Position numbers and translations under genes: made by a program. From Chrysomallon squamiferum (lineage: Eukaryota > Animalia > Mollusca): 64,000 bases of DNA. Of the stretch, positions 1 to 11,862 are shown one piece after another; position 1 is the stretch's first letter; every line of letters begins with the position of its first letter. The stretch covers positions 8,308,001 through 8,372,000 of the forward strand of contig CM022666.1 of NCBI GenBank assembly GCA_012295275.1, written 5' to 3'. A model generated the notes under the pieces. That model was not told where the DNA came from. It searched no databases and was given only the letters and a program-made list of their open reading frames with translations.

Positions 1-769
1 TTTGTCAGATTTTCGTCGGCTATTCTAACAAAGACTTCACACTGTTGTTAGTTGCGGTAGTTGCATTTGTCAATAATATTGTAGAAGAAACAGTTGTTGT
101 TGTACCAGCAGTTCTGGGGATTATGCAAATGAGATAGTCATGGTAACGAGAAAGATACTTGTAATCACAAAGAATTGCACACATTGTAAATTCGAATATA
201 CAAAAACTAATTAGACACGTAGAAGTAGTAGTAGTAGTGGTAGTAGTAGCAGTAGTAGCAGTAGTACTAGTGGTAGTAGTAATAGTAGAAGTAGTAGTAT
301 GTATATTAGTGGAATTGTTGTAACAGTGTGGTTACCATAGTAGAAAAGTGATTTTTAATAAAAAAAGTTCACTGAAGAGACGATCAATCATCAATTAACC
401 AGGAATAAAAAATCTGACATTTTTGTTTTAATCGTTCACGGATGACTAGAAAAATTTCTTTCTTCCTCCTAAACTTTAATCACAATTGTTATCTATGTGT
501 ACTTCAAGACAAAATATTTTGCTTGTTTTTCCTTTTGTTCATTATGCACGACATGACTAACATTACTAAGTAAAATAAAACGTAAAGTTTGTTAAATTAT
601 TCGGCATATTAGTTTGACATTAAAGAGCATTTCAAGTTATGAAGTTTATAATTGATTTTTGAGTATATTCAAAACTGTTAGATAATCTGAAAAACTTTCT
701 TTCATTTAATACTGCTACCTTTGTGATAGCATTTAACAATTAATAATGGTTATGTAACATGTGTGGTTG

Positions 770-806
<37 letters not shown>

Positions 807-900
807 ATGTGTGTGTGCCTCGAAATAACCAACGACACTGGTAGTAAATTATAAGAGGAACATTTCAAATTCAGATAAAGAAAAAAAAAAAAAAAAATAC

Positions 901-933
<33 letters not shown>

Positions 934-1027
934 AAATAAATAAATAAAACGAAAAACAAAACAAAACGAAAAAACAACAAGAAAACATAGTAATAAAAAT
1001 GAAATAAATAATACCTGTCGTAATTAA

Positions 1028-1204
1028 AGGAAATTTAAAAATGGAGTTCCCGGACGGGTGTATGGTGTCACTTCTGTGTTATTTTTCCTTTGAATTGTGA
1101 AACTTATTCAATTTAAAGTCTGAGTCATGGTTTATTCCAAGAAATTCACAAACTGAAACTTCCTAGTAGTTCACAACTACCAAACACAGATAATAATACA
1201 GCAG
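1028..1204 (+). promoter_or_regulatory. Candidate promoter with kB-like site and non-coding first exon of copy 1
   Basis: TGGAGTTCCC at 1042-1051 (reverse strand GGGAACTCCA) lies in a small GC-richer island. A donor-like CAG|gtaata is at 1204 and an acceptor-like ttttgttttcag ends at 2047, upstream of the ATG. Confidence 0.35.
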
Positions 1205-1487
1205 GTAATATTTATTTAATCTCTGTTTATTTATTATTTTATTTGTAGTATATTTAGTTATGTATTCATTCATTTTGTTTAATATTTCATTATTCAACTT
1301 GTTTAAGATCTGTGAAGCGAGCTTTGTTTACTTTCCGTGTCTGTTTTTCTACAGTTCAGTATAGTTTAGCATTTGAAAGGTTGCTTTCCACTCATGTTCA
1401 TTATCACTATTTTTATTTTTTTACTTTTTGACAATGGAAACTAAAATTTCGGTGATTATTTATTTTGTCGTTTCTTCTTCTTCATCT

Positions 1488-1522
<35 letters not shown>

Positions 1523-2088
1523 TTCTTCTTATTATTATTATTATTTTAATTATTATTTATTTATTTGTTGAAACTCGCAAGTAGTTCACGATTGAATGAA
1601 ACAAATTATTTTTATTTATTTACTTATTTGATATTTATTTATTTATTTATTCATTCATTTTGTTTATAATTTCATTATTCAACTTGTTTAGAATCTATGA
1701 TGCGAGCTTTAAAAATTGTCTACTTAAATTCATTTGTATAAGTGAAGTGAGCTTTTGATTTTGTCTACTTAAACCATTAGTTTATATCATTCCTTTATTA
1801 GCAAATTAATCTTTTAAAACTTTAAAAACGAAACTGGAAATGTTCTTTAGTAGAAAAATGAAAGTAAATAATTAGTACATATATAAATAAAACAAAAATA
1901 AATAAATAAATCTAATAATAATAATTACAATAATAAATCAAAATTATTTAAATAAAAGATAATTTCTGTGTGTGTTTATGTAGGTGCGAGTGTGCGAGCG
2001 CAAATGTTACACATTCAGTTTTGTCCAAGTTTTTATTTTGTTTTCAGTGTATTTTATTTTGCTGCGACTGATGTCACCGTATGAGAAA

Positions 2089-5025
2089 ATGTCGTCAGCG
2101 TATTGTGACCTGACCTTTGACAGGGAAAACGAACATCACTACGACCGTGTCAAAGTGATTTCGCAGAAGAAACGAAGTTCCTCTTTCGGTTTAAAGCGTC
2201 GCTTCTTTCGAGTTTACCTGTGTATAATCATCAGTTTCCTTGCCCTCTCGCTTTCGCTTTTTGGTTTTATCAAGGACTATTGCTTCACAAATCCCGAGAA
2301 CAGGAAATTAGAAGGCGCCTGCATTCCATGTGCGTACCTGCTAAATACGCAATTTCGGGAAGACGATCCAGATGTAGAAATAATCATCAAAGAAGGAGAA
2401 AAGACCTGCTGCGCACGCACACCTGCACGGATGCAACAGATGATTAATGAGGTGAGTTGGGATTTGCTAACTGGGTATAGATCATTGTAGGTACATAACT
2501 GTATTCGCTGCTAGTTCTAGTATTGGTATCATTACAACTGATCCTACTACTACTACTACTTAAAAGGAGCTACAATGCCACAGCAAACACTACTGTACTA
2601 CTACTACTGCTGTTACAACAATCCTCATTACTGCTGCAACAACAACTATTAATAACAATTACTACGTCTACTAAGTTAACAGGTATAAAAAATACGGAGA
2701 AAGTGGACTAGAGAGATTTTTAAAATTATTATTAACTATAAACAATGGTCATACATATTAAATAAATTTAAAATCAATCAGTCAAGCAATCTATCAATAA
2801 AATAAAATATATAAAATATAAAAATATAAAACATGTGAAAATGTACGATGTTGGGTATCAGACTTCAAACAAACCAACGAAAAGAAAGAAAAAAAATAAT
2901 GAAAAAAACAAACATAATGACAACAAATAATGAAAGAAAGAGAAAAACAAAAAAGGAAAGTCCTATTCAGAAAGATATACATCTAAAAAGCAAAGAAGGA
3001 GAAACACAGGCACCTGGATTATATTGCTTTGACCAAGGAATAACACTTCAGAAAAAAAAGAAAAAATTGTTATGGATTTTACACATTTAGAAGAAAAAAC
3101 ATTGACAATTTAATTTAAATAAATTTTGGGATTTGTCTTACTGGTCAGTAAAGAGTAAAAAAACTAAATACAAAATCCCCTCCAGATTCCCTCAGATCTC
3201 CAAAATGGCTCATGAAGTTATGTGTACCAGTGAATGAAATCAAATGCATATTTGTTATTGATATTAGAAATTCTTGACTAATAAAATTATTGTGAATTTC
3301 GTTTCCAACGAATATATCAAGATGCAATGATGAACTTTGATCTGTATGAATTTGATCAAATATGACACTTAAATGTTCTTTGATAGTCGACTTTTGAATA
3401 ATTAATTATGACTTTCTTTCCCAAAACATGTGAATATCAATCAGGATATTCAGATTATGTTCCCAGGACAAGCGTGCTTGGACCCTCGTGGATACAAAAT
3501 CACACGTAAATGGTCGACTGATTGACAGACTTTGGAAACCGGCAAATGGAAAAATCATCCAGTCAGAAGGGTTGTGAGTGATTTCAAACATTATCTGCCA
3601 TATCTGAAAAGCAAAAGTGAAAGTAAATAAAATATTCATCATGGAAAAGCGAAAGTAGAATATTGTCTTCATTGAAAATGAAAGTAGAATATTGTCTTCA
3701 TTGAAAATGAAAGATTATCATCTTTTTGAAACGTGAAAGTAGATTATCTTCATCGAAAGAGAAAAATTATTGTCTTTTCGAAAAGTGAAAGATTATTAAA
3801 TTTTCATCACTAGATTTGCTCAAATTTCTTTTCATTTAATTACAACAAATTTAATGCTCAATTTTATTTTTCCAGGTTTTCATCACTGATTAAATAAATA
3901 TTTATTGATTTATATTAGTTATTTTTATTTGCTGTTGATGTAATTTTGTTGTTCTTTGTTCATTTTTTCCTCACACAAGAAACCCCCCAAAAAAAAAAAA
4001 CACAAAAAGAAAACAAAAAACAACAAAGAACAAAACTTGTATCAGCTTGTCTTGCTGTGTGTATACGTATATGAACACATTAATACTGTTGATTCAAGGA
4101 TAAAGCATGTGTTTAATATTTTGTTTATTGCTGTTATTTTATGTGTTACATGTTTTTAAATAAAACAATATTTTATGAGTTTTTTATTTTATATTATCTG
4201 AAATGTTGTCTTTTTCTTTCTTTTTCTTTTTTCTATATAATTTTTTTTAATTGATTTTCTTTTTCACTTTAGGCTTTTAACAAAAGAATTGCACAGCTGG
4301 ATGATAAAGGTATCTATCTTTGTTGGTGATTTCTACACTTGTTATAGAGTAGGGTTCTGGTAATTTCGTTGTTAATGTTTAATTTTAAATCTATTTGTCC
4401 TTTTAAATACTGAACACTAAATAGCTATGCCTGAAGTTTATGTAAAGAAATACTGCAAAAACAGAACAAAAAGAAAATAAACTAAACAAAAAAAACAAAA
4501 ACAAAAATAAGAAGAAGTAGCAGTAGAAAAAAAAAAGAAACAATAACATCATAAAATTATCGATTTAGTTATATGTTTGTTTGTTTGTTTGCTTACTGGT
4601 TTGTTTGTTCATTCATTAATTGATTCACTCAACAACAGAAATACTGAAAGACATTTCCCAACCATTTGTTTGTTTATTTGTTTATTTCTTCCTTTCTTTA
4701 ACTTCTTTCTTTCTTTCTTTGTTTATTTACTTGATTATTTTTTTTATTTTTTATTTTCATTCATTCCTTAATTCATTTATTCTATAATTCATTTATTCAA
4801 TAATTCATTTATTAATTCATTTATTTATTCAATAATTCATTTATGCAGTATCAGAAACACACGAACGGCCTAAAATCTCGCCCCAAACGCACAAGGTCTC
4901 CCGCAGCGGTGACGTTGCACTGCACAACTCCGACGTTGTTGTTCATCTACCGACTACAGTCCAAACTAATCAGGGTCACAATGGTAATGCTGTTAGTCTT
5001 CTTTCTGCTATTATTGCTATTATTA

Positions 5026-5090
<65 letters not shown>

Positions 5091-6185
5091 GATATTAATA
5101 TTATTATTATTACTCTTATTATTTTTATTATTTTTATTATTATTTATTTATTTGTTTATTCAAACTCGGTAATAGTATATAAAATATTTGTTTAATTTTT
5201 ATTATAACTTTTTATTCATTTATTTATTTGTTTGTTTGTTTGTTTGTTTGTGTATTTATTAGTTGAAGGATGTGTAAGTTGTCCAAACATTGCAAACATA
5301 AAGTTAAGTCTATATCAGCTTGTGTTTATCTGCTCGGTTTACTTTGCCATCAGGTCAAGGTACTGGTTTACAATGTAACAATATCGTGTCTCAGAAGAGA
5401 TATCTCACGACTTGATAGGTTCAAAGTCTACTTCCAAGGACTTACCTAGACGTAACTCTTCTACCAAAGACAAAACTCAGGACGCATGGATTGAAACCAT
5501 GGAGCTGACACCAAATGTTCCTCGTTCACTGACTACGTGGTCGTCAGCCGGATTGATGGTGATGCTCGCTTCCCCCTGCCGGTCTGGAACCACCACGAGA
5601 CCAATGGGCCACGCACGAACAACAATCTGGAAGGATTCCACAGTCGGCTCAACAAAGCAATGCCCCACTACCACCCGAACATCTGTCCACTTGTGGACAT
5701 TAAGAAGATAGACTGTGCAGCAGAACCAAGATTTCCCAGGTTTACTTTGGAGCTGTTCTTCCATCCCGCAAACGTGTGTACACAGAGATGGAAAACAGAT
5801 TCAAACATCAATTGCAGCAGAGAGTCAAAACGGTCCTTCAGTTCTTAGATGCTGTAGGCTATCAACTGAAACTTAAGTGATGAAATTATCTGGATGAAAT
5901 AAAATGTATAAATAATTATAAGCCTTTGTTTCATTTATTTATTGCCGGTAGACATACAATATACAACAATGTAGAATCATTTTTATACGAGTAAAGGGCA
6001 GAGGATTAAGTGTGCACCAAACCTTGACTTGTGTTGTTATAAACTGTATGAAAATATGACTGATGGGAGGTAGTCATATATATTATAGTTGTTGTTGTTG
6101 TTGTTGTCATTATTATTATTATTATTAATTTTACATCATATACTATTACCTATATCATACACCATCATCTCTGTGTGTGTGTGTG

Positions 6186-6225
<40 letters not shown>

Positions 6226-6738
6226 AATAACATATTTGATAACATAATGTCATACCCTATACTATACCGAACCATATTAACACACCATATAATCTAATAT
6301 TCTTCTGCTTTTTTTCTTTCAGGTGAACAACAGAAACAGATCAATTCTTGGATTAAAAATAAACCTCTCAGCGTCCTCAAAGGAGCTGATGTGAACAACA
6401 CTCGACTCAGAATCACTGAAGCAGGTTTCTACTACATTTACAGCCAGGTTTACTTCAAAATCATTGTATGCAACGGCATGAAGCTGCCAAACGTCCTGGG
6501 TCACCAGGTTTTCCGCTACAGCGTCAACGTTCCCAACGACGGAATAGAAAAGCTGCTGCAGACAGCACAGACCACCACGGAAGATAAAAATCGCAACGTC
6601 TACCTCCACAGCAGCCACGCAGGGGGGGTGTTTAAGCTTGATGACGGAGACCAGTTGTATGTAACGATATCCCATCCGTTACTTATTATTCGTGATCCTG
6701 ACCTGACCTTTTTGGGGGTCATCAAATTGAATGGGTAA
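2089..6738 (+). CDS. TNF superfamily ligand, copy 1, complete 4-exon model join(2089..2451,4273..4309,4849..4983,6323..6738), 316 aa; alternative upstream ATG at 2071
   Basis: Exon 1 has a cytoplasmic tail, a TM segment (VYLCIIISFLALSLSLFGFI) and a CIPC...TCC module. All introns are GT-AG and the phases fit (0, 1, 1). Exon 3 encodes ...SDVVVHLPT... (strand A-like). The last exon has TNF homology domain motifs: W, L.ITEAGFYYIYSQVYF, SSHAGGVFKL..GDQLYV and TFLGVIKL. Confidence 0.88.
3606..3792 (+). promoter_or_regulatory. Minisatellite (7 units, ~25-30 bp) of IRF-E/ISRE-like motifs in intron 1 of copy 1; candidate enhancer
   Basis: Units read AAAAGTGAAAGT, GAAAAGCGAAAGT, GAAAATGAAAGT, GAAAATGAAAGA, GAAACGTGAAAGT, GAAAGAGAAAA and GAAAAGTGAAAGA, all in the same orientation. 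The repeat is seen directly; regulatory function is inferred. Confidence 0.5.
5452..5880 (+). mobile_element. MULE/Mutator-like transposase remnant (C-terminal part) in the last intron of copy 1
   Basis: Contains the motif WNHHETNGPRTNNNLEGFHSRLNK..HPNI, typical of the C-terminal region of animal MULE transposases. Frameshifted. Confidence 0.75.
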
Positions 6739-7027
6739 ACCATTAAATAAATAAGTAAATATTTGAATAAGTAAATAAATAATAAATAATAGTAAAAATG
6801 ATATTAAGACTCCCAAAACCTCATCAAGAAAATTATAGAGCTACTTTAACTGGGAAATAATGCCACATTTATAAGGTCGTCCAGCAGTGAAATGATTGGT
6901 GTAACAGTTCAAGCGTAAAGAGCTGGTTTCAGTGTTTTGTTGTTTTTTCCGCTTGTCGACGTTACAAGTTTTGTGTTGTAATTTATATTTTATTAAATTT
7001 AAATTTATATTTTTAAATAAAAAATTG

Positions 7028-7091
<64 letters not shown>

Positions 7092-7174
7092 TTAAAAATA
7101 GACAATTTCGGTATGAGGCATAGGCCTAATTTATATTTTATTAAATTTATATTTATATTTTTTAATAAAAAATT

Positions 7175-7240
<66 letters not shown>

Positions 7241-7480
7241 TTAAAAATCGTCAATTTCGGTGTGAGGCAGAGGCCTATCTAGTTGCGGCCATGGTTGACG
7301 TTTCATTTTCTTGTTTTCATCACGGAATTTATTCTGAGAAAACCTTGCCAGTCTGCGAACCGCTGGTGATCGATATTTTGAAATACGTTGGTTGTCACGT
7401 GGTTGATTACTGTTACGTTTGAAAATGTAGCAGCCCGGGTAAATAAATAGCTGGAGTTGGGAGTTGGTCGTCAGATTCAC

Positions 7481-7516
<36 letters not shown>

Positions 7517-7569
7517 TAGAATTTTTTTTTACTCGTTTCTGGCAGATTAGGATAGTTAAATTAATTTAA

Positions 7570-7620
<51 letters not shown>

Positions 7621-8319
7621 TTATTCAAAAATATAAATGCTAGTAATGAAAAAAACCCATTGTAATAAAGTAAATATTAATGTGTCAAAGTTGTTTCAGA
7701 TATTATCCTTGTCTGTGTTGATTTATGTCTTCTGATCGTAGATAAACAGTGTCACATATATTTTAAGTTCTCTTGATGTATACTACTTTATGTGGAGCGC
7801 TCATTTTAACGTTTTATTGCTTTAAATATCAGTACTGTCATAGAAAATAGATACAAAACCATACCCAAGCCCAGTCTAAAATATTTTAACTTCTTTTTCA
7901 ATATTATAGAAGCATGGCGAAAATAGATAGGGTAATCTATGAATACTTTTTCATTAAGTAAATTTCTTTTTCGTATATACACTACAGATATTTTATTATA
8001 TATTTATAACCTTCAGACTATCTAGTTTCTATATATAAAATAGAGAAAAGATAAAATAACGACAAATATTAACTAAATATGCATAATAATTATAATCTTT
8101 ATAAACTATAATATACTAACGTTAACTAGCAATATTTGCAGAAAATAAAAGTCATTAAGCAGTATAATGTGTGGTTTAAATATGTTTGAATATGTACAAA
8201 ATTATTTTAAGTCGGGATTCACTTAAATAATATGGCTGCGTTTTATTTTATAACAAAATTATATTATAAATAAATTTTTTGAACGGTACCCATGTTGATT
8301 TGTTATCTGTCTATCCATC

Positions 8320-8555
8320 TGTCTATGTATGTGTATATATATATATATATATATGTATCTATCTTTTTATTATCTATGTATGTACGTATGTATGTATGTA
8401 TGTATGTATGTATGTATGTATGTATGTGTGTGTGTGTATATGTATGTATGTGTATATATATATCTATATCTATATCTACACACACATACGCACAGACGCA
8501 CACACACACACTCAGACAGACACACACACACGCAGAGAAACACAGACACATGCAC
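8320..8555. repeat. Compound microsatellite (TA/TATG/TG/CA)
   Basis: Read directly from the sequence; it explains several spurious ORFs. Confidence 0.9.
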
Positions 8556-9010
8556 CGTACACTTGAAACGTGGACAATGAAAGTTACAGAAGCAGAATTA
8601 TTCTTTTTATCTTCAATGCAGGGACATATCTAATCACCTATGCAGGGAAGTATCTATATATTTTATTACCTTATTGCACTATTTACTATTTTTATGTGTT
8701 ATATTTCTAATTTATTTTTATCCTGTATTGGCATTTTTATTATAAATTAACAACAACAAAAAATATATATATATTAATAATAATAGTCATAAACAAAATA
8801 AACAAATAAAATAAAATAAACAGAAAAATAAACAGAAAAACAAAAATAACAAAAAATGTATATTGTTATTACTTTAGTTCAGGGTTCATAGAAAAAGGAG
8901 CATAATTTTTTCTCGTTATGAAATCGATATGAAAAATAAAAAATAAAATAAAATATAAAAATAAAAACATTAATAATAAATAAATATAAAAATAAATAAA
9001 TAAATAAAAA

Positions 9011-9071
<61 letters not shown>

Positions 9072-10291
9072 CAACGAAAAAACAGAAAGAAGAAGAAGAA
9101 AGAAACACCAACAAAAGAAGATAGACACATATATCGTATACCACTTTCTCCCGCCCCTCCTACTCCCCCCGAAAAATACAACACCACCAAAGTAACAAAA
9201 CAAAATGATTATTTTGAGATAACAGAGAATAGCAGGATTTAGGTAAAATATGACACTGCTGGTTTACAGTTTTTAGAGTCCATTTTGTTACATGGTTATT
9301 TGCAGAAAGTTAATATAATGTTGCTTTACAACAGGGGCGTCATTATAATCTTGACATATTTATTTTATTTTATTTTATTTTAATTTTTTATTTATTTAGT
9401 TAGTTAGTTAGTTACTTAGTTAGTCAGTTAGTTAAGTTTATTTAGTTATTTTATATCTGTTTTAAGAACACCATGACATTTAATATAACACTCACACAAC
9501 AAATATGACTTTGAGAGGCGAGGTTAAAACTTCACGGATGAAAAACGCTTTTAACGCAGGACTACGTATTTGTTTGCTAGAAACGTGAGTTAGTCTTTGT
9601 CAAAATTTTATGTCAGCTTGAACTTCGCTGCGTTGTTTGTTATCAGATAACATTGGGTTTTTCCTGGCGTGTTCGAAAAACAAGCTGAAGTCAAAAGATC
9701 AGTTAGATAAGTTACCTGGTCGCTACGGGGGTTTTCCAGCTACATTTAAGACAAGTAAAAAAAAAAAAAAAAAAAAATAGTAATAATAAATAATAAATTA
9801 AATAATAATAAATACTAATACCCACTATTACTAACAATAATACCACACACAGACACACATTAAAGAAGAAAAAGAAAAATATCTTTACTTTAAAGTTGTT
9901 GTTTTTTAATTTTTTTTTTTTTTTTTGTTGTTCAAATCTGAAGAAAAAAAACATACAAAAAACCCCCCTAAAAAACCTGTATTTACTAGTATTCATCTTT
10001 TTCACTCTTTTCCTCTCTCTTTCTTGTCCTTTTCTCCCTCTCTCTTTCTCTCTCTCTCTCTCTTTGAATAGCTGGCTCTCCATTCAAGTATCTTTTTATT
10101 TTCTCCATTATTATTATTTTTTATTTTTATTTTTATTTTTTTATTTGTTTTTGTAAAGCTAAAATTTTTTGTCAGTTTTTTTTTTTTTTATTATTTTATT
10201 ATTATTATTTTTATTATTTTTTATTATTTTTTTTTTTTCCAATTATTATCTATTTATTTATTTAAAGCTTAAATTTCCAAATTTTTTGTTG

Positions 10292-10339
<48 letters not shown>

Positions 10340-10414
10340 AATATTATTATTTTATTTATTTATTTATTATTATTATTTATTTATTTATTATTTTATTTTA
10401 TTATTTATTATTTA

Positions 10415-10500
10415 TACAGTAAACCTTGTTGTTGTTGTTGTCCTGTTTTACTGCAACATTATTTCCAATAAAATATCCTAGTCTATTATTATTATTAACA

Positions 10501-10531
<31 letters not shown>

Positions 10532-10765
10532 TTTTTTTTTAATCAGGGGACATTATTATGGGTAGGTTGAATTAACATATTATTTAGGGAGCTCACGATA
10601 GTGACTTTTCAGAGTACAAAATGGCGACTAGCGGATCAGACGGCTAAGAATCAATTCTTTAAAAAGATACATGAAATAATCAAGTTTTGTGAAGCCAGTC
10701 CTAGCGGTAAAACGGGTCTGAGGGCGGAGATATTTATGGATGACTTGTCTCTAAAAGGTTTAGTC
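10415..10765. mobile_element. Possible decayed Tc1/pogo-type MITE (related pieces at ~20846-21240, 33115-33400, 35820-35900, 48865-49150)
   Basis: The left end is TA-CAGTAAACCTT (tagtaaaccttacctaagtcgtcc at 20847). An imperfect inverted match ggatgactt...aaggtttagt is at ~10738-10764. Confidence 0.3.
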
Positions 10766-11685
10766 ACGTGATATCTAAGTCTAAGGTAGAAGATCATTAG
10801 GCTGCTGGCGGGACTGGCGTTTTGCTTTACGGTCCGATTTGAGGATAGCTTTCGTAATCTCTAAAAAGGTACGTGTTTTATTTTTAATTTCTTGTAAACA
10901 AAAACAAATTAAAAAAAAATATATATATATTAAAGGCATCGATTATTGTATGAAAACGATCGATTAGGTAAATATATTTGAATTTTGCGTTAGAATTAAT
11001 TATACTCTTTTGTCAGTTGCGGTAGTTGCATTTGTCACCAATATTGTAGAAGAAACAATTGTTGTTGTACCAGCAGTTCTGGGGATTATGCAAATGAGAT
11101 AGTCATGGTAATGAGAAAGATACTTGTAAACACAAAGTATTGCACACATTGCAATCTCGAATATACAAAAACTAAGTAGACACGTAGCAGTAGTGGTAGT
11201 AGTAGTAGTAGTAGTAGTATATTAGTGGAATTGTTGTAACAGTGTGGTTACCATAGTAGAAAAGTGATTTTTAATAAAGATAGTTCACTGAAGAGACGAT
11301 CAATCATCAATTAACCAGGAATAAAAAATCTGACATTTTTGTTTTAATCGTTCACGGATGACTAGAAAAATTTCTTTCTTCCTCCTAAACTTTAATCACA
11401 ATTGTTATCTACGTGTACTTCAAGACAAAATATTTTGATTGTTTTTCCTTTTGTTCATTATGCACGACATGACTAACATTACTAAGTAAAATAAAACGTA
11501 AAGTTTGTTAAATTATTCTTCATATTAGTTTGACATTAAAGAGCATTTCAAGTTATGAAGTTTATAATTGCTTTTTGATTATATTCAACACTGTTAGAGA
11601 ATCTGAAAAACTTTCTTTCATTTAATACTGCTACAGTTGTGATACATTTTAACAGTTAATAATGGTTATATAACATGTGTGGTTG

Positions 11686-11740
<55 letters not shown>

Positions 11741-11831
11741 CTCGAAATAACCAACGACACTGGTAGTAAATTATAAGAGGAACATTTAAAATTCAGTTAA
11801 AGAAAAAAATCAAAATGATACCAAAAAAAAA

Positions 11832-11862
<31 letters not shown>

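Noticed and set aside
1984-2070. Hydrophobic N-terminal extension of the exon-1 ORFs suggesting a second TM or signal peptide
   Set aside because: It starts at GTG within a (TG)n tract and reads through a polypyrimidine acceptor, so it is intron/UTR. The tail VSWDLLTGYRSL is likewise intron read-through.
3606-3792. CRISPR-like repeat-spacer array
   Set aside because: Eukaryotic intron with no cas genes, and the spacers are mutually similar, so it is a minisatellite.
5263-5359. Alternative exon-3 candidate (VEGCVSCPNIAN..., homolog at 41158-41256)
   Set aside because: Its length is 3n+1 in copy 1 and it differs by frameshifting indels between copies 1 and 4. Exon 4849-4983 fits phase and the strand-A motif better.
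6319-6675. Antisense ORFs over the TNF exons and the LINE
   Set aside because: Shadow frames of the coding strand, with variable length between copies.
7481-7520. AU-rich element cluster (ATTTA)n in a putative TNF 3' UTR
   Set aside because: (ATTT)n tracts occur throughout the window, including introns and spacers, so this one is not distinctive.
8279-10156. Low-complexity ORFs (poly-L/I/Y, ERER, CVCV), here and elsewhere in the window
   Set aside because: They are translations of microsatellites.
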